Below are positions 27,692-38,287 of a stretch of 64,000 nt of DNA, piece by piece. The notes beneath the pieces were generated by a model, which was not told where the DNA came from, did not search any database, and was given only the letters and a program-made list of their open reading frames with translations. Source of the DNA: a virus (Duplodnaviria > Caudoviricetes); the IMG/VR virus record IMGVR_UViG_2906610324_000001, positions 57,324-121,323 of that record; one strand, 5' to 3'. Positions within the stretch are counted from its first letter, which is position 1. Each line of letters starts with the position of its first letter. The position numbers were made by a program, and so were the translations under genes.

Positions 27692-30600
27692 ATGCATGGA
27701 TCGTTGAAACCAGCACGGGCGCCACGCGCACCGGCGCCGCGGCCGCGTGATCGCCGCCGGCGTGAGCGCGCTGCCCCCCGCCATCCCGCCCTGCATCTCG
27801 TGATGCCGGGGCTCGAGGTTGCGCGCGCTGAGCCGCGCCCGCGCGAGACCGTGACGTCGTTTCTGCGCCGGACGAACTGGGCGTGGCGTGATCGCACCTA
27901 TGGCTGGCAGTTCGCGAAGGGGCTGCCGACCATCCTCGAGATCAACGGCGAGGCGGTGCTGCGGAAGGAATGGCGCCGTCGCCGGATCAGTTCCGCAGAC
28001 CAGGTCCGGTTTCTCAGCTTCCCGCGTGGGGGCGGGCAGGGCGGCAACGCCGTCAAGCAGGTCATTGGCATCGTGGCGCTGGTTGCTGTCTCGGCGTTCG
28101 CCTTGTGGGCGCCTGTCGGTCTGTTCGGTCTCACCGCCGGCAGCTTCGGCGCCACGGCGCTTGGTGCCGGTCTCGCGATCGGCGGCACGCTGCTCGTCAA
28201 CGCGCTGATCCTGCCGAAGGCCGGAGCGACCAATTCGCCGAGCGCGACGCCGGACCAGATCTACTCGGTGACGGCACAGGGCAACGTCGCGAAGCTGGGG
28301 CAGCCGCTGCCGGTTTGGTACGGCCGCTTGAAGGCCTTCCCGGACTTCGCTGCGACACCGTGGGCCGAATTCGTCGGCAACGATCAATACCTCAACCTGC
28401 TGCTGTCGGTCTCGATGGGCAGTATGTCCTACGAGAAGATCTACGTCGAAGACACGGTCTTCTGGGATCCGGTCAACGGCGTCTCGGCGGCGTTTGCCGG
28501 CGCGCAGGTCGCGTTCTACGCGCCGGGCGCTACGGTCACGCTGTTCCCGACCAACGTCGACCAGTCGACCGAAGTCACCGGCCAGCAGCTGCCGTCCGGT
28601 TCGGGCACATCTGGCGGTCAATACGATGCCATGGGCGCGCCGTTGCCCCCGTCGGCCAGGACGCCCGGCGCCTGGGTGGGGCCGTTCGTCGCCAACCCGG
28701 CCGGCACGTTGTCCCAGTCGATCGCTGTCGACTTCGCGTTCCCGGCCGGCTGCTTCACCATCAATGGCAAGGACAATTCGATTGGGTTTTCGAACGTCGG
28801 GCTGACGGCCGAATACGCCACCTGCGATGATGCCGGCGTTCAAACCGGGCCATTTAACCCGCTGTTCTCGACGTCGTTTCAGTACGCTTCCCAAGCGCCG
28901 GTCCGCAACAGCGTGAAGGTCGACGTCTTTCCGGGCCGATACTTGGTCCGCTTCCGGCGCGAAGATGCCGAACTCGCTGGTACCGGCGGCTCCAACTCCG
29001 TGATTTGGGCCGGCTTGCGCTCATTCCTCAAGGGCAGCAACGCGTTTCCGGACGTCTCGACGATCGCAATCCGGATCAAGGCGTCACAGTCGACGCAGGG
29101 TTCCTACAAATTCGGCGTGCTGGCCACGCGAGTGCTGCCGGTTTGGAACGGGGCGGCCTTTGTATCGCAGGCGACGCGGAGCCCGGGCTGGGCGTTCTTC
29201 GATTCCGTAACCAATACCCAGTACGGGTCGGGACTGGGCATCTCGAAGGTCGATTTCAATTCCGTCGTGAACTTCGCGGCGGGCTGCACAAGCCGCGGCG
29301 ATACGTTCGATTTCCGCTTCGACTCCGCCGTCGCGGTACCGGACGCCTTCGACAAGATCCTGGCCGTCGCAAGAGCGAAGCATTTCTGGCTGGGAGACAC
29401 TGTCTCGATCGTCCGCGACGAATGGCGCGACGTCCCGACAATGCTGCTGACCGACCGCGAGATCGTGCGAGACTCGACCGCGATCGATTTCACGATGCTC
29501 GGCGAGGAAGACCCGGACGCGGTCATCCTCGAATATGTCGACGAGAACACTTGGCAGGCGGCGCAGGTCCAGTATCCGCCGAACGGCGACACCTTCACCT
29601 CGCTCAATGCTACCACCATCCGTCTCGACGGCGTCGTCAATCGTCAGCAGGCTTTCCGCGAGTGCGGCTTCACCTATCTTCAGTCCTTCTACCGCCGCGA
29701 GAACGTCACGATCGGCGTCGAGTACGAGGGGGCGATCACGCTCGGCTCCGTGATCCGGGTGCAGTCCGAACTGCCGCAGGCCTATGGTTATGGTGGTGCG
29801 GTGGTTGGCGTTGCCGGCAACGCCTTGACGCTCGATCCGGCACCCAAATGGGATAGCGGGCCGTTCTATATTCGGCTGCGCCGGCCGAATGGCAAGTTCT
29901 TCGGCCCCATCTTGTGCACTCAGGGCGCCAACGCCGCGATCGCGAACCTCGACCCGACCAGCTTGGCGGCTGCACAATCGTCGCAATCCACCACGCTCGC
30001 AGCAGTCCTGGCGCGCGAGGATGGCGGAGAGCCGCCTTCCTTTGAACTCGGTACCGGCGAAAGCTCGTCACGGCTCTGTCTCGTCCTGAATGGCACGCCG
30101 AATGGCGATACCTGCTCGCTGAGCCTGGTGATTGACGACGAGCGGGTCCACGCAACCGATCTTGGCTCTCCGCCTATACTGCCGAGCCCGCAGTACCCGT
30201 CGAATGCCAAGGTGCCGCTGGTTTACGGTCTGAATGCCTACATCAGCCAAGGCACCGCCGAGCCGAGGCTGTTCGCCAGCTGGTTCCCGACCGAAGGCGC
30301 CATCTACTACGTTGCCGGCATCTCCTACGACGACGGCAAGAATTGGACCCAGGTCTACGAGGGTGCTGAAAACCAATTCGACGTGATCGTCAGCTTGGCG
30401 GCCGCCACGCTGCGCGTGCAGGCCGTCAACGCGACCATGCGTGGCGCGTATTCGACCGTCGCGCTCGACGCGCCAACGGTCAAGCTGTCGCCAGGCTTGG
30501 TCACGCTCGAGTCGTTCAATGAAGCCCTGAAGAAGCAAGTTGCGGACGTCACCGATCAGAACAACAACGAGATCAATGCAGCCCTCCAACTGATCAACGC

Positions 30601-31198
30601 GACGGTCGCAAATCAGGATGCTCGCAACTGGCTGGACAAGAAGTCGCTGCGCTCCGAACTTTCGGCCCGCGTCGGAGCAGCATTCGCGCAGATCGCGACG
30701 GTCCAGACCGTTGCCGTTGACGCGCAGCAAGCGGTGGCGGATCTCAGCACGTCAGTCACAGCCCAGTTCGGCGACGTAAATGCCTCGATCACCGAGCAGT
30801 CGACGGCGATCGCCCAACTCGACGGATATGCCGCCGCGGCATGGTCACTGACGCTCAACGTGAACGGCTATATCTCCGGAATTCAGCTGGTCAACGGCGG
30901 GTCCGGCGTATCTTCCTTCACGGTCGTCGCGGATAAGTTTCAGATCCAGCTGCCGGGTTACAATGGCGGAGCGCCGAAGCCTGTCTTCACCGTCGGCACA
31001 ATTAGCGGCGTCGCCTCGATCGGGATCACGGGGAATCTGTTTTTGGACGGCGTCCTCACGGCCCGCATGATGAACATTGGCGTGTTGAGCGCGATCACGG
31101 CCAACATCGGGACGGTGACTGCCGGCGTTATCCAAAGCACTTCGGGCCTGATGGTCATAAACCTGACCGGCGGCACCATCACGATTTCCGACTCGTGA
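27692..31198 (+). CDS. tail tip/host specificity protein (gpJ-like)
   Basis: 1168 aa; C-terminal VADKF..and LSAITANIG motifs. Confidence 0.85.
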   Translation: MHGSLKPARAPRAPAPRPRDRRRRERAAPRHPALHLVMPGLEVARAEPRPRETVTSFLRRTNWAWRDRTYGWQFAKGLPTILEINGEAVLRKEWRRRRISSADQVRFLSFPRGGGQGGNAVKQVIGIVALVAVSAFALWAPVGLFGLTAGSFGATALGAGLAIGGTLLVNALILPKAGATNSPSATPDQIYSVTAQGNVAKLGQPLPVWYGRLKAFPDFAATPWAEFVGNDQYLNLLLSVSMGSMSYEKIYVEDTVFWDPVNGVSAAFAGAQVAFYAPGATVTLFPTNVDQSTEVTGQQLPSGSGTSGGQYDAMGAPLPPSARTPGAWVGPFVANPAGTLSQSIAVDFAFPAGCFTINGKDNSIGFSNVGLTAEYATCDDAGVQTGPFNPLFSTSFQYASQAPVRNSVKVDVFPGRYLVRFRREDAELAGTGGSNSVIWAGLRSFLKGSNAFPDVSTIAIRIKASQSTQGSYKFGVLATRVLPVWNGAAFVSQATRSPGWAFFDSVTNTQYGSGLGISKVDFNSVVNFAAGCTSRGDTFDFRFDSAVAVPDAFDKILAVARAKHFWLGDTVSIVRDEWRDVPTMLLTDREIVRDSTAIDFTMLGEEDPDAVILEYVDENTWQAAQVQYPPNGDTFTSLNATTIRLDGVVNRQQAFRECGFTYLQSFYRRENVTIGVEYEGAITLGSVIRVQSELPQAYGYGGAVVGVAGNALTLDPAPKWDSGPFYIRLRRPNGKFFGPILCTQGANAAIANLDPTSLAAAQSSQSTTLAAVLAREDGGEPPSFELGTGESSSRLCLVLNGTPNGDTCSLSLVIDDERVHATDLGSPPILPSPQYPSNAKVPLVYGLNAYISQGTAEPRLFASWFPTEGAIYYVAGISYDDGKNWTQVYEGAENQFDVIVSLAAATLRVQAVNATMRGAYSTVALDAPTVKLSPGLVTLESFNEALKKQVADVTDQNNNEINAALQLINATVANQDARNWLDKKSLRSELSARVGAAFAQIATVQTVAVDAQQAVADLSTSVTAQFGDVNASITEQSTAIAQLDGYAAAAWSLTLNVNGYISGIQLVNGGSGVSSFTVVADKFQIQLPGYNGGAPKPVFTVGTISGVASIGITGNLFLDGVLTARMMNIGVLSAITANIGTVTAGVIQSTSGLMVINLTGGTITISDS

Positions 31199-31626
31199 CC
31201 AAGCGCATCTATATCGCCGCGGATCGCGTCACGGTTTCCAAGCCGGGCTATGACGCCGAAAACCCGCCGGCCGTCGACTACAAATATTTGTCGCTGGATT
31301 CGCGTTTGAACCAGGGGCGGCCGCTCGAGGTCGGCCTGTTTCCGAGCAACGTGTTTGGCAGCGGCAAGGTCTTTTACTCGACGACTTATCCGCATCCGCC
31401 GGCCGTCGACATCGTCGCCTATAGCATCCCGTCAGCTGGCGTTGCGTTGTACTCAAAAGCGATGGTTTGCCGGGATGCGAATTCGAGCATTGCTTACCAG
31501 CGCTCGAGCTGGGTGCCGATTCTGTACACGGATGGGTTTTTGATTTCTGACGACTGGCGATATCGGCGCTCGCGCATCATGGGGACGGGCGTCAATCTTT
31601 ACTATATCGCGTGGCAGGTCTGGTGA
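31195..31626 (+). CDS. tail tip accessory protein (paralog 1)
   Basis: VSKPGYDA...LDSR. Confidence 0.6.
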   Translation: MTKRIYIAADRVTVSKPGYDAENPPAVDYKYLSLDSRLNQGRPLEVGLFPSNVFGSGKVFYSTTYPHPPAVDIVAYSIPSAGVALYSKAMVCRDANSSIAYQRSSWVPILYTDGFLISDDWRYRRSRIMGTGVNLYYIAWQVW

Positions 31627-31627
31627 G

Positions 31628-32065
31628 ATGACCCGGCGCTTTCACGCGGGCTACAATTCGTTCCTTGGTGCCTATGGCGTGTGGCTGTCACGGCCGGGCG
31701 TCGACGTGCTCGCGACGTCGAGCAACTCCGACTTCCTGCTGCGGGCGGAAACCAAGAATGACCAGATCGTCATGTCGGGGTCGATCTATCTGCCTATCGG
31801 CAGCGGCGACCAGAGCATCCCGTATCCGGCCACGTTCACCAAGACGCCCTACGTCTGGTTTGAGGCGTACATCGACAGCGGAGTGGTCGCGTACCCTTAC
31901 AATCAGGGCATGGCTGGACACGATCTCACGATCGGCGGCGTGCTGACCTATGAGGTCGGCATGGGCCTGAGGTTCATGAACGATAAGATCACGCTCAACA
32001 ACCAGAGCGATACTTACAATTTCTACGTGGATTACATGATCTTCCACCGCAGCCTCGGTCTCTGA
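31628..32065 (+). CDS. tail tip accessory protein (paralog 2)
   Basis: LSRPGVDV. Confidence 0.6.
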   Translation: MTRRFHAGYNSFLGAYGVWLSRPGVDVLATSSNSDFLLRAETKNDQIVMSGSIYLPIGSGDQSIPYPATFTKTPYVWFEAYIDSGVVAYPYNQGMAGHDLTIGGVLTYEVGMGLRFMNDKITLNNQSDTYNFYVDYMIFHRSLGL

Positions 32066-32469
32066 TGGTCAAGCGTGTCTTGATCCAGTCCGGCGCCGGC
32101 GCCGCTATGAGCGTGAGCCTGCCAGGCGTCGACGTGACCGCGGCGAACATCGACCAGATGGTTTTCGATTCGCGTTGGTCGGGGCATCAGTTCTATGCGT
32201 CGGGGACTCTGGATAGCTCGCAGAATTCCGTCGCGACGTTTCTCTTTCCGTCGACGCTCGATGCTGTGCCGTTCCTAGCGGCCTACACGGACACAAACAT
32301 CACGCTCGCGCCTGGGAGCCAGTATCTGGGCTTTACCAACTTTCGGGGCAACAACTCCGACTATTGGGTTTATGCGCAGGTCACGACCTCGTCGCTGCAG
32401 TTCCGGTTCAAATTCGGCAACGCGGTCGGGCGGCTCTACTACGCGCTTTTCAGGAGGATTGCGGGATGA
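32065..32469 (+). CDS. tail tip accessory protein (paralog 3)
   Basis: VSLPGVDV...FDSR. Confidence 0.6.
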   Translation: MVKRVLIQSGAGAAMSVSLPGVDVTAANIDQMVFDSRWSGHQFYASGTLDSSQNSVATFLFPSTLDAVPFLAAYTDTNITLAPGSQYLGFTNFRGNNSDYWVYAQVTTSSLQFRFKFGNAVGRLYYALFRRIAG

Positions 32470-33020
32470 CGGGGGTAATGCTCGACGGGGCATGGGCCGT
32501 CGCCGGGTATATGCCGGCCGGCGGCGACGGGCAGGCGCCCGTGTCCGACGGAGAGCCGGCAGCTGTGGAGGAGCCCGCAGCCGCCAGCAGGCCGAAGGTG
32601 ATCGTCCGCCACGATGACAATGGCCTCATTACGGCTGTCACGCTCCAGGTCGAGATGGGGATGGATGCACTCTCCGAGAGGTATGCGGAGATGGGCATCC
32701 CGCACATTCTCTATGACGGCGAGGTCGATATCGCGGACGCCTGGGTGAGGGACGGCCAGGTTGTGCCGAAGCTCGACGTCGAGATCTCCGGCGAGGTCCG
32801 GTCGGTCAAGGCGGACGGCGAGGATCTGCTCGAGCTGACCGTTTCGCCGGCGGAGTTCGATGCGACGGTCGCGTTCGACGGTGCGATGGTGCATTTCGAG
32901 CATGTGACCGACGGAAAGCTCGAGTTCTCGGTCGATCATCCCGGCAGCTACGCGATTTTTATCGCGCCGGCGCATCCATATCGCCTCAAGAGGCTGGACG
33001 TCGAGGCGATCGCGCCATGA
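32466..33020 (+). CDS. hypothetical tail-module protein
   Basis: ATGA overlap. Confidence 0.6.
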   Translation: MTGVMLDGAWAVAGYMPAGGDGQAPVSDGEPAAVEEPAAASRPKVIVRHDDNGLITAVTLQVEMGMDALSERYAEMGIPHILYDGEVDIADAWVRDGQVVPKLDVEISGEVRSVKADGEDLLELTVSPAEFDATVAFDGAMVHFEHVTDGKLEFSVDHPGSYAIFIAPAHPYRLKRLDVEAIAP

Positions 33021-33388
33021 GGGTGAGTGTAATCGAGGTCAAGCGGAAGCGCGTCGAGGCGCTCGTCAACGAGCGTTACATGGTCGACGGTCACGACATC
33101 GCGCACGATCGCAAGCGGGCGCTGGCTGCCGCGGTTGCTGCAGGGGGCGAGCCATCGGCCGAGTTCACGGCGGCGGCGGTGGTCGAGGGCGTCACGCCGC
33201 AGGCGCTGGCGCAAACGATCCTCGCCAAGCCGGACGAGCTCATGTCCAAAGAAAACAAGCGGCGCTCATTCGTCGTTCGGACGCGCGCGGCCAAGACAGT
33301 CGCGGAGCTCGAGGCGATCCAGGCCGAAGCTGACGCGACCGCAGCGCCGCCGCTGACGTCTCGCATCTTTTTGCAGGAAGGACCGTAG
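33017..33388 (+). CDS. hypothetical tail-module protein (fibre chaperone-like)
   Basis: ATGA overlap; AKTVAELEAI. Confidence 0.55.
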   Translation: MRVSVIEVKRKRVEALVNERYMVDGHDIAHDRKRALAAAVAAGGEPSAEFTAAAVVEGVTPQALAQTILAKPDELMSKENKRRSFVVRTRAAKTVAELEAIQAEADATAAPPLTSRIFLQEGP

Positions 33389-33391
33389 CCA

Positions 33392-35248
33392 ATGACGGCG
33401 CTCTCGAGCTACTCGACAGGAACGATCTCGGTCGCGGCAAACGGAACGACAGTCACGGGAGTCGGGGCGATCTGGTCCGAGACCAATGTTCGGCCTGGCG
33501 ATATCCTGCAGATCGGCAACTTTCAGACGATCATCGCTGACGTCACCGACCCGACGAACCTCGTCATTCCACCTTGGGGCGGTGGCGCGCAGGCCGGTGT
33601 CGCCTATGTGATCTGGAAAGTATCGTCGCAGCGCATTGCCGGCGCGCAGGCGATGGCTGACGTTTCGACGCTGGTCGCGGCGCTCAACACGTCGGGTTTC
33701 TTTTGGTTTGTGGACGCATCACTCACCGTACCTGATCCCTCGCTCGGTTCGGACGGTCAGTACGCGCTGCAGCCTTCAACCGGAAAGATGTGGTTCCATG
33801 CCGGCGGCGCGTGGTCCTACCTTGGGATCTACAGGGGGTTCAACTTTCGAGGTGTCTACGACAACGCTGCGACCTATGCCGTGGGCGATGTCCAGACGAC
33901 GGCCGGCACGTCATATGTTTGGATCAACCCGACGCCAGGATCCGGCCATCCCGCTCCGGATGGGACATACTGGCAGGTGCTGGCGGCCAAGGGCGACAAG
34001 GGTGATACCGGCGCAGTGCCGTGGAGCAACACAACGAGTTGGGCAACGGCTACGAATTACGTTGCCGCACCGCCTGCGTCGGTCGTCGTGCATCCGATTA
34101 ACAAGAACATCTATCTGTGCATCGTCGCGCATCTGTCAGGAAGCTTCGCAACAGACCTGGCGGCCGGCAAATGGCTGCTTATCGGTCAGAGTGCAACGGA
34201 GGCAACGAGCGCGACGGCGCTGCTGATCGGCACGGGAACGAAAGTGTTCTCGGCGGTCACAGGGTTTTCGTATCAGAACGGCGTCCGGCTGCGCGCATCG
34301 TCGAATGCCTCGCCGACCAATTGGATGGAGGGCGTTTGTCTCTACGATCCCCTTGCGCAGATCATCACGATGACGGTCGACAAGGTGAACGGCGTCGGCA
34401 CGTTCAGTGACTGGAATTTCAATCACGTCGGGCAACCCGGCGCGGGCGACCTGACGTCGAGCCTCAATCTTGCCGAGCTGACAAACAAGCCGGTTGCGGT
34501 GGTCAATCTCGGTATTCCTGCATTGCTGCTGGGAAATTTGGCAGGATTGAAAATCACGGCGAGCGGTGTTGCAAGTTTCATCGTGTCTCCCGGTGTAGCG
34601 TGTGATCGCAATCAACTCGATATGATTGCGCTTAGCGCGTCGATCGCGAAGACGTCTGCCGCTTGGAGCACTGGCAACGGCAACGGTGCTTTGGACACCG
34701 GAACAATCGCGGCCGGCTTCTATCATGTATTCGTAATCAGGAATCCAGTCGGTAGCGGCAACACCGATATTCTCATTTCATTGAGTGCGACGACGCCGAC
34801 GCTTCCATCTGGTTACACGCTTTGCAGGCGCATCGGTGCGGTTTGGTGGTCAACGGCATCCAGCACTTTCATACCGATCCTTCAGCGCGGCAAAGAGTTT
34901 TGGTGGACCGGAAGTTCCTTTGACGTCAACACCACAATCGGAACGACGCTGCAAACATTCGCACTGGGCAGCATTCCGCCCGGCGTGCAAGTGCAAGCAA
35001 TTCTGACGGTTATCGCCTGGAACGCAGTGCAGAATACGGTCTGGTGGGTTCACGACACCGCTCTGGTCGACAACGCGCCGGGCTACGGTACCGGCGGCAC
35101 TGGTGTTGAGGCATCAACTGCAACCAGCGGCAACATGACCGAAGTCCGCGTTTGGACGGACACCGCACGACAGGTTGCAGCGCGGTCGTCTGCTGCAAAC
35201 ACGACATTTCGGCTCGTTACGCGCGGTTGGTACGATCCGTTCGAATAG
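33392..35248 (+). CDS. tail fibre protein
   Basis: YSTGTIS...TTVTG.G..W N-terminus, GDKGDTG, mosaic lower-GC C-terminus. Confidence 0.85.
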   Translation: MTALSSYSTGTISVAANGTTVTGVGAIWSETNVRPGDILQIGNFQTIIADVTDPTNLVIPPWGGGAQAGVAYVIWKVSSQRIAGAQAMADVSTLVAALNTSGFFWFVDASLTVPDPSLGSDGQYALQPSTGKMWFHAGGAWSYLGIYRGFNFRGVYDNAATYAVGDVQTTAGTSYVWINPTPGSGHPAPDGTYWQVLAAKGDKGDTGAVPWSNTTSWATATNYVAAPPASVVVHPINKNIYLCIVAHLSGSFATDLAAGKWLLIGQSATEATSATALLIGTGTKVFSAVTGFSYQNGVRLRASSNASPTNWMEGVCLYDPLAQIITMTVDKVNGVGTFSDWNFNHVGQPGAGDLTSSLNLAELTNKPVAVVNLGIPALLLGNLAGLKITASGVASFIVSPGVACDRNQLDMIALSASIAKTSAAWSTGNGNGALDTGTIAAGFYHVFVIRNPVGSGNTDILISLSATTPTLPSGYTLCRRIGAVWWSTASSTFIPILQRGKEFWWTGSSFDVNTTIGTTLQTFALGSIPPGVQVQAILTVIAWNAVQNTVWWVHDTALVDNAPGYGTGGTGVEASTATSGNMTEVRVWTDTARQVAARSSAANTTFRLVTRGWYDPFE

Positions 35249-35259
35249 GAGAGGGCAGC

Positions 35260-35622
35260 ATGGGATTTGTAGTACGAAACAGCGATGGCGCCATCGTTGG
35301 ATGGTTCGCCTGTCAGCAGCCGGCGCCGATCGTGACCGAGCAGATCGCGGATGACGACCCGGCTGTCATGGCGTTTTTGAATCCGCCGGCGCCGGTGCCG
35401 GCCTCCTGCACCAAGCTCGGCCTGAAACGAGCTTTCGACGAGCTCGGCACATGGGCGGCGGTCAAGGCCGCGATTGCGGCGGACGCAAATGTCCAGGAGG
35501 AGTGGGATCTCGCGACCGAGATCCGGCGGGCTGATCCTTTGGTTCAACACATGATCACGACGATAAGCCTGACGGATCAGCAGGTCGACAATTTGCTGAG
35601 ACGAGCGAATGCGCTCGTCTAG
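35260..35622 (+). CDS. tail fibre assembly protein
   Basis: EW..A..I.R..PLV motif; follows fibre gene. Confidence 0.65.
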   Translation: MGFVVRNSDGAIVGWFACQQPAPIVTEQIADDDPAVMAFLNPPAPVPASCTKLGLKRAFDELGTWAAVKAAIAADANVQEEWDLATEIRRADPLVQHMITTISLTDQQVDNLLRRANALV

Positions 35623-35646
35623 GCCGGCTGACTAGCCGCTCCACCG

Positions 35647-35670
35647 AGGCCGCTTCCGAGCGGCTTTTTT
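35647..35670 (+). terminator. rho-independent terminator
   Basis: GCCGCT-TCCG-AGCGGC followed by T6. Confidence 0.65.
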
Positions 35671-35691
35671 CATGAGCAAAGGAGAACTGGG

Positions 35692-36477
35692 ATGACGATC
35701 GCAGCCCTCGTGGCGGCGAAACCCTTGCGCATGGGCGCATCGGGCGACGCTGTCAAACAGGTCCAACTCGCGCTGAAATCCGTCGGATATGCTCTTACCG
35801 GCACGGGTTGGTTTGGTCCGGCGACCGATACGGCGGTCGAGACGTTCCAGAAGCGCGCCGGGCTCTATGTCGATGGCGAGGTCGGGCCGCTCACCGGCGC
35901 GGCGCTCGATTTGGCAGTAGCGGGGAGGGCTCCCGTTCCGGCTCCAGCGAAGGAGATCGGCCGACCGCTTTGGCTCGAAGCCGGCATCAAGCTGATCGGA
36001 ACGAAGGAGGGGACTGGTTCGAAGGACAACCCGGTCATCATTGATTGGGCAAAGGACGAGGGCGGCGACATCGCGGCTGAGTACACCCATGACTCGATCC
36101 CATGGTGCGCTCTCTTCGCCAACCACATCCTGACCAAAGTTGGCCTCAAGGGCACCAAGACGCTGTGGGCGCTGGATTTCGCCGGCAACTGGCCGGCCAT
36201 GAAGCTTGCCGGTCCGGCGGTCGGCGCCTTCGCTCCGATGAAGCGGACCGGCGGTGGACACATCACGGTCGTGGTCGGCAAAGATCAGCATGGTAACGTC
36301 ATGGGGCTCGGTGGCAACCAGTCGGACGCCGTCAATATCGAGCCCTTCGCGACGTCGCGCCTCAACCAGGGCTTTTGGTGGCCGAAGGATGTGCCGTCGC
36401 CGCCGGCCAGCCAGATCGGCTTCAATCATCTTCCGGTCGTTCGCAGTGACGGCCGCGTGTCCACGAATGAGGCCTGA
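35692..36477 (+). CDS. endolysin: PG-binding domain plus CHAP/TIGR02594-like catalytic domain
   Basis: G.FGPAT..AV..FQ...GL.VDG.VGP.T; PWC, GGH, LGGNQSDAV. Confidence 0.9.
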   Translation: MTIAALVAAKPLRMGASGDAVKQVQLALKSVGYALTGTGWFGPATDTAVETFQKRAGLYVDGEVGPLTGAALDLAVAGRAPVPAPAKEIGRPLWLEAGIKLIGTKEGTGSKDNPVIIDWAKDEGGDIAAEYTHDSIPWCALFANHILTKVGLKGTKTLWALDFAGNWPAMKLAGPAVGAFAPMKRTGGGHITVVVGKDQHGNVMGLGGNQSDAVNIEPFATSRLNQGFWWPKDVPSPPASQIGFNHLPVVRSDGRVSTNEA

Positions 36478-36558
36478 CGGATCTCGCTGATCCGTTTGAG
36501 GTCGCATAGCCCGCCGCGCGACGGACCTCGCGCATTTCCACATCCAAAAAGGTGAAAA

Positions 36559-37248
36559 ATGAACCGCATCTACAGCGCGGCTTTTGCCGCGCCGCTTTTG
36601 CTTGCGCCGAGCCTGGCGCTGGCAGGCTCCAAGTCGCCCTTCGCTGCCGTGGGGCAAGCCTTCGATCCGACCGGCACCCTGATCGTCGTGCTGCTCGGCT
36701 TGGTGCTGGCCGCCATCGTCCTGCCGCGGAGTGTGCGGCCGTTCGCGCTCGTATTTGCTGTGCTTGTCGGCGCATCCCTTGCGATCGACGTTGCCTTCGC
36801 GGCCGATGCCACGGCTCCCGAGACCGTCGCTCAGGCAACCAGCGACACCACCAAGGTGACGTGGGCATATGGAGCCGCGATCTCGCAGTGGGCCAGCGCC
36901 ATCGGAACGCTGATCCTCGCCTTCGTGACCTGGCTGCTCCGGAAGCTCCCCGCGCAGATCTACGCCGTCATCGTCTCCATGCGCGCCGATCAGCTCATCT
37001 CGAAGGGGATCGACTACGCCATCAACATGGTGAAGGACGCCACGAAGGATAAGGCACTGACCGTCGACGTGCATAACCAGGTGCTGGCACAGGCTCTGCA
37101 GTACGTCCTTGACCACTCGCCGGATTGGTTGACCTCCTGGATGGGTGGCCCGGACGCCATCGCTGAGAAGATCATCGCCCGCCTGAACCTTGCGCCGGAT
37201 GCCGTCCCGAACGTCACCGCCGCGGTCTCGAGCGTCTCCAAAACGTAA
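36559..37248 (+). CDS. multi-pass membrane protein, holin candidate
   Basis: several hydrophobic helices; lysis cassette. Confidence 0.55.
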   Translation: MNRIYSAAFAAPLLLAPSLALAGSKSPFAAVGQAFDPTGTLIVVLLGLVLAAIVLPRSVRPFALVFAVLVGASLAIDVAFAADATAPETVAQATSDTTKVTWAYGAAISQWASAIGTLILAFVTWLLRKLPAQIYAVIVSMRADQLISKGIDYAINMVKDATKDKALTVDVHNQVLAQALQYVLDHSPDWLTSWMGGPDAIAEKIIARLNLAPDAVPNVTAAVSSVSKT

Positions 37249-37257
37249 GGGGGCTTC

Positions 37258-37524
37258 ATGTTCAGCGGGGCAACGTTAGCCGCCGTCCTGACCGCTCTGC
37301 AGCCGCTCCTGGAGGCGTTCTTCAGCGCCTTCGGGAGCTCGCTGAACGACTTCTTGGCGCGGCAGCGGGCCGACCAAAACGCCAAGGATCTCGGCGCGGC
37401 TCAGGCCACCGTCCAACAGCAGAATGCCACGATTGATGCGCAACAGGCCGAGCTCGAGGCGCGAACGAACGCCCCTAAGTCTGTCGACGACGCCATCAAG
37501 CGGCTCGAGGAGGGCTCAGCTTGA
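37258..37524 (+). CDS. i-spanin-like protein
   Basis: hydrophobic N-terminus plus coiled coil. Confidence 0.5.
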   Translation: MFSGATLAAVLTALQPLLEAFFSAFGSSLNDFLARQRADQNAKDLGAAQATVQQQNATIDAQQAELEARTNAPKSVDDAIKRLEEGSA

Positions 37525-37763
37525 CCTTCACCTGCACCGGCTGGGCCTTCATCGCGGTCCAGCTTACTTGCATCATGCCAGATCAGGCGCCCGCGGTTGT
37601 TTGTCCGCCGGTTCGGGCCTGGTCCCAGGACTTCCAGAAGCAGGTTGCCGCCGAAATGAGAGCGGCGCCGAATAGCGCGCTCGCCGCGGTCGCCGTGCAG
37701 GCGATCGGTGACCGCGACGTCGCCCGCGCCTGCGCTCGGCACAAGAATGCGGGGAAGCGATGA
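37521..37763 (+). CDS. o-spanin-like protein
   Basis: CPPV..S...RD.ARAC; overlaps previous gene; lipobox atypical. Confidence 0.45.
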   Translation: MTFTCTGWAFIAVQLTCIMPDQAPAVVCPPVRAWSQDFQKQVAAEMRAAPNSALAAVAVQAIGDRDVARACARHKNAGKR

Positions 37764-38287
37764 TGGGCGCCGCCGGCACGCCGGAGATCGTGACCCAAAC
37801 GCTCGCCGGCATGGGCTTTGCCGGCGCCGTCATTACCGTGCTTCTGAGCACGATCGCAGCGCTCGTCACTGGCCTCGTCGTCCTCTTCCGGATCAACAAC
37901 CGGCTACACGCGGAGCGGAAGACGGAGCTCGCCACATTCAGCAAGTTGGTCGAGGCCAACAATGCGGCGCTGACCAAGGTCGCGGAAGCGACCGAGGAGC
38001 GAAACCGCGTCACGGAAGCGCTCGCCGAAGCCATCAAGGTGCAGGCCACAGCGTTCGAGATGGTGAACCAGCGCATAGAATTCTACCACGGCAACAACAT
38101 CGAGAAGTTGAAGGACCTGATCAGCGCATTTGCCGCTCACGCTGAAGCCGTCCGAGTGCTCACCGGCTCCGTGACGGTCTCGAGGGATAGCAGCGCAGCG
38201 GCGGCGGCCGCGGCCAATGAATTGAAGGTGAAGATAGATAGTATCGCGTCAAAAATTGATGGGGCCCTTTTGCGGAGGCCGCGATGA
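37760..38287 (+). CDS. membrane-anchored coiled-coil protein
   Basis: N-terminal TM segment. Confidence 0.6.
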   Translation: MMGAAGTPEIVTQTLAGMGFAGAVITVLLSTIAALVTGLVVLFRINNRLHAERKTELATFSKLVEANNAALTKVAEATEERNRVTEALAEAIKVQATAFEMVNQRIEFYHGNNIEKLKDLISAFAAHAEAVRVLTGSVTVSRDSSAAAAAAANELKVKIDSIASKIDGALLRRPR

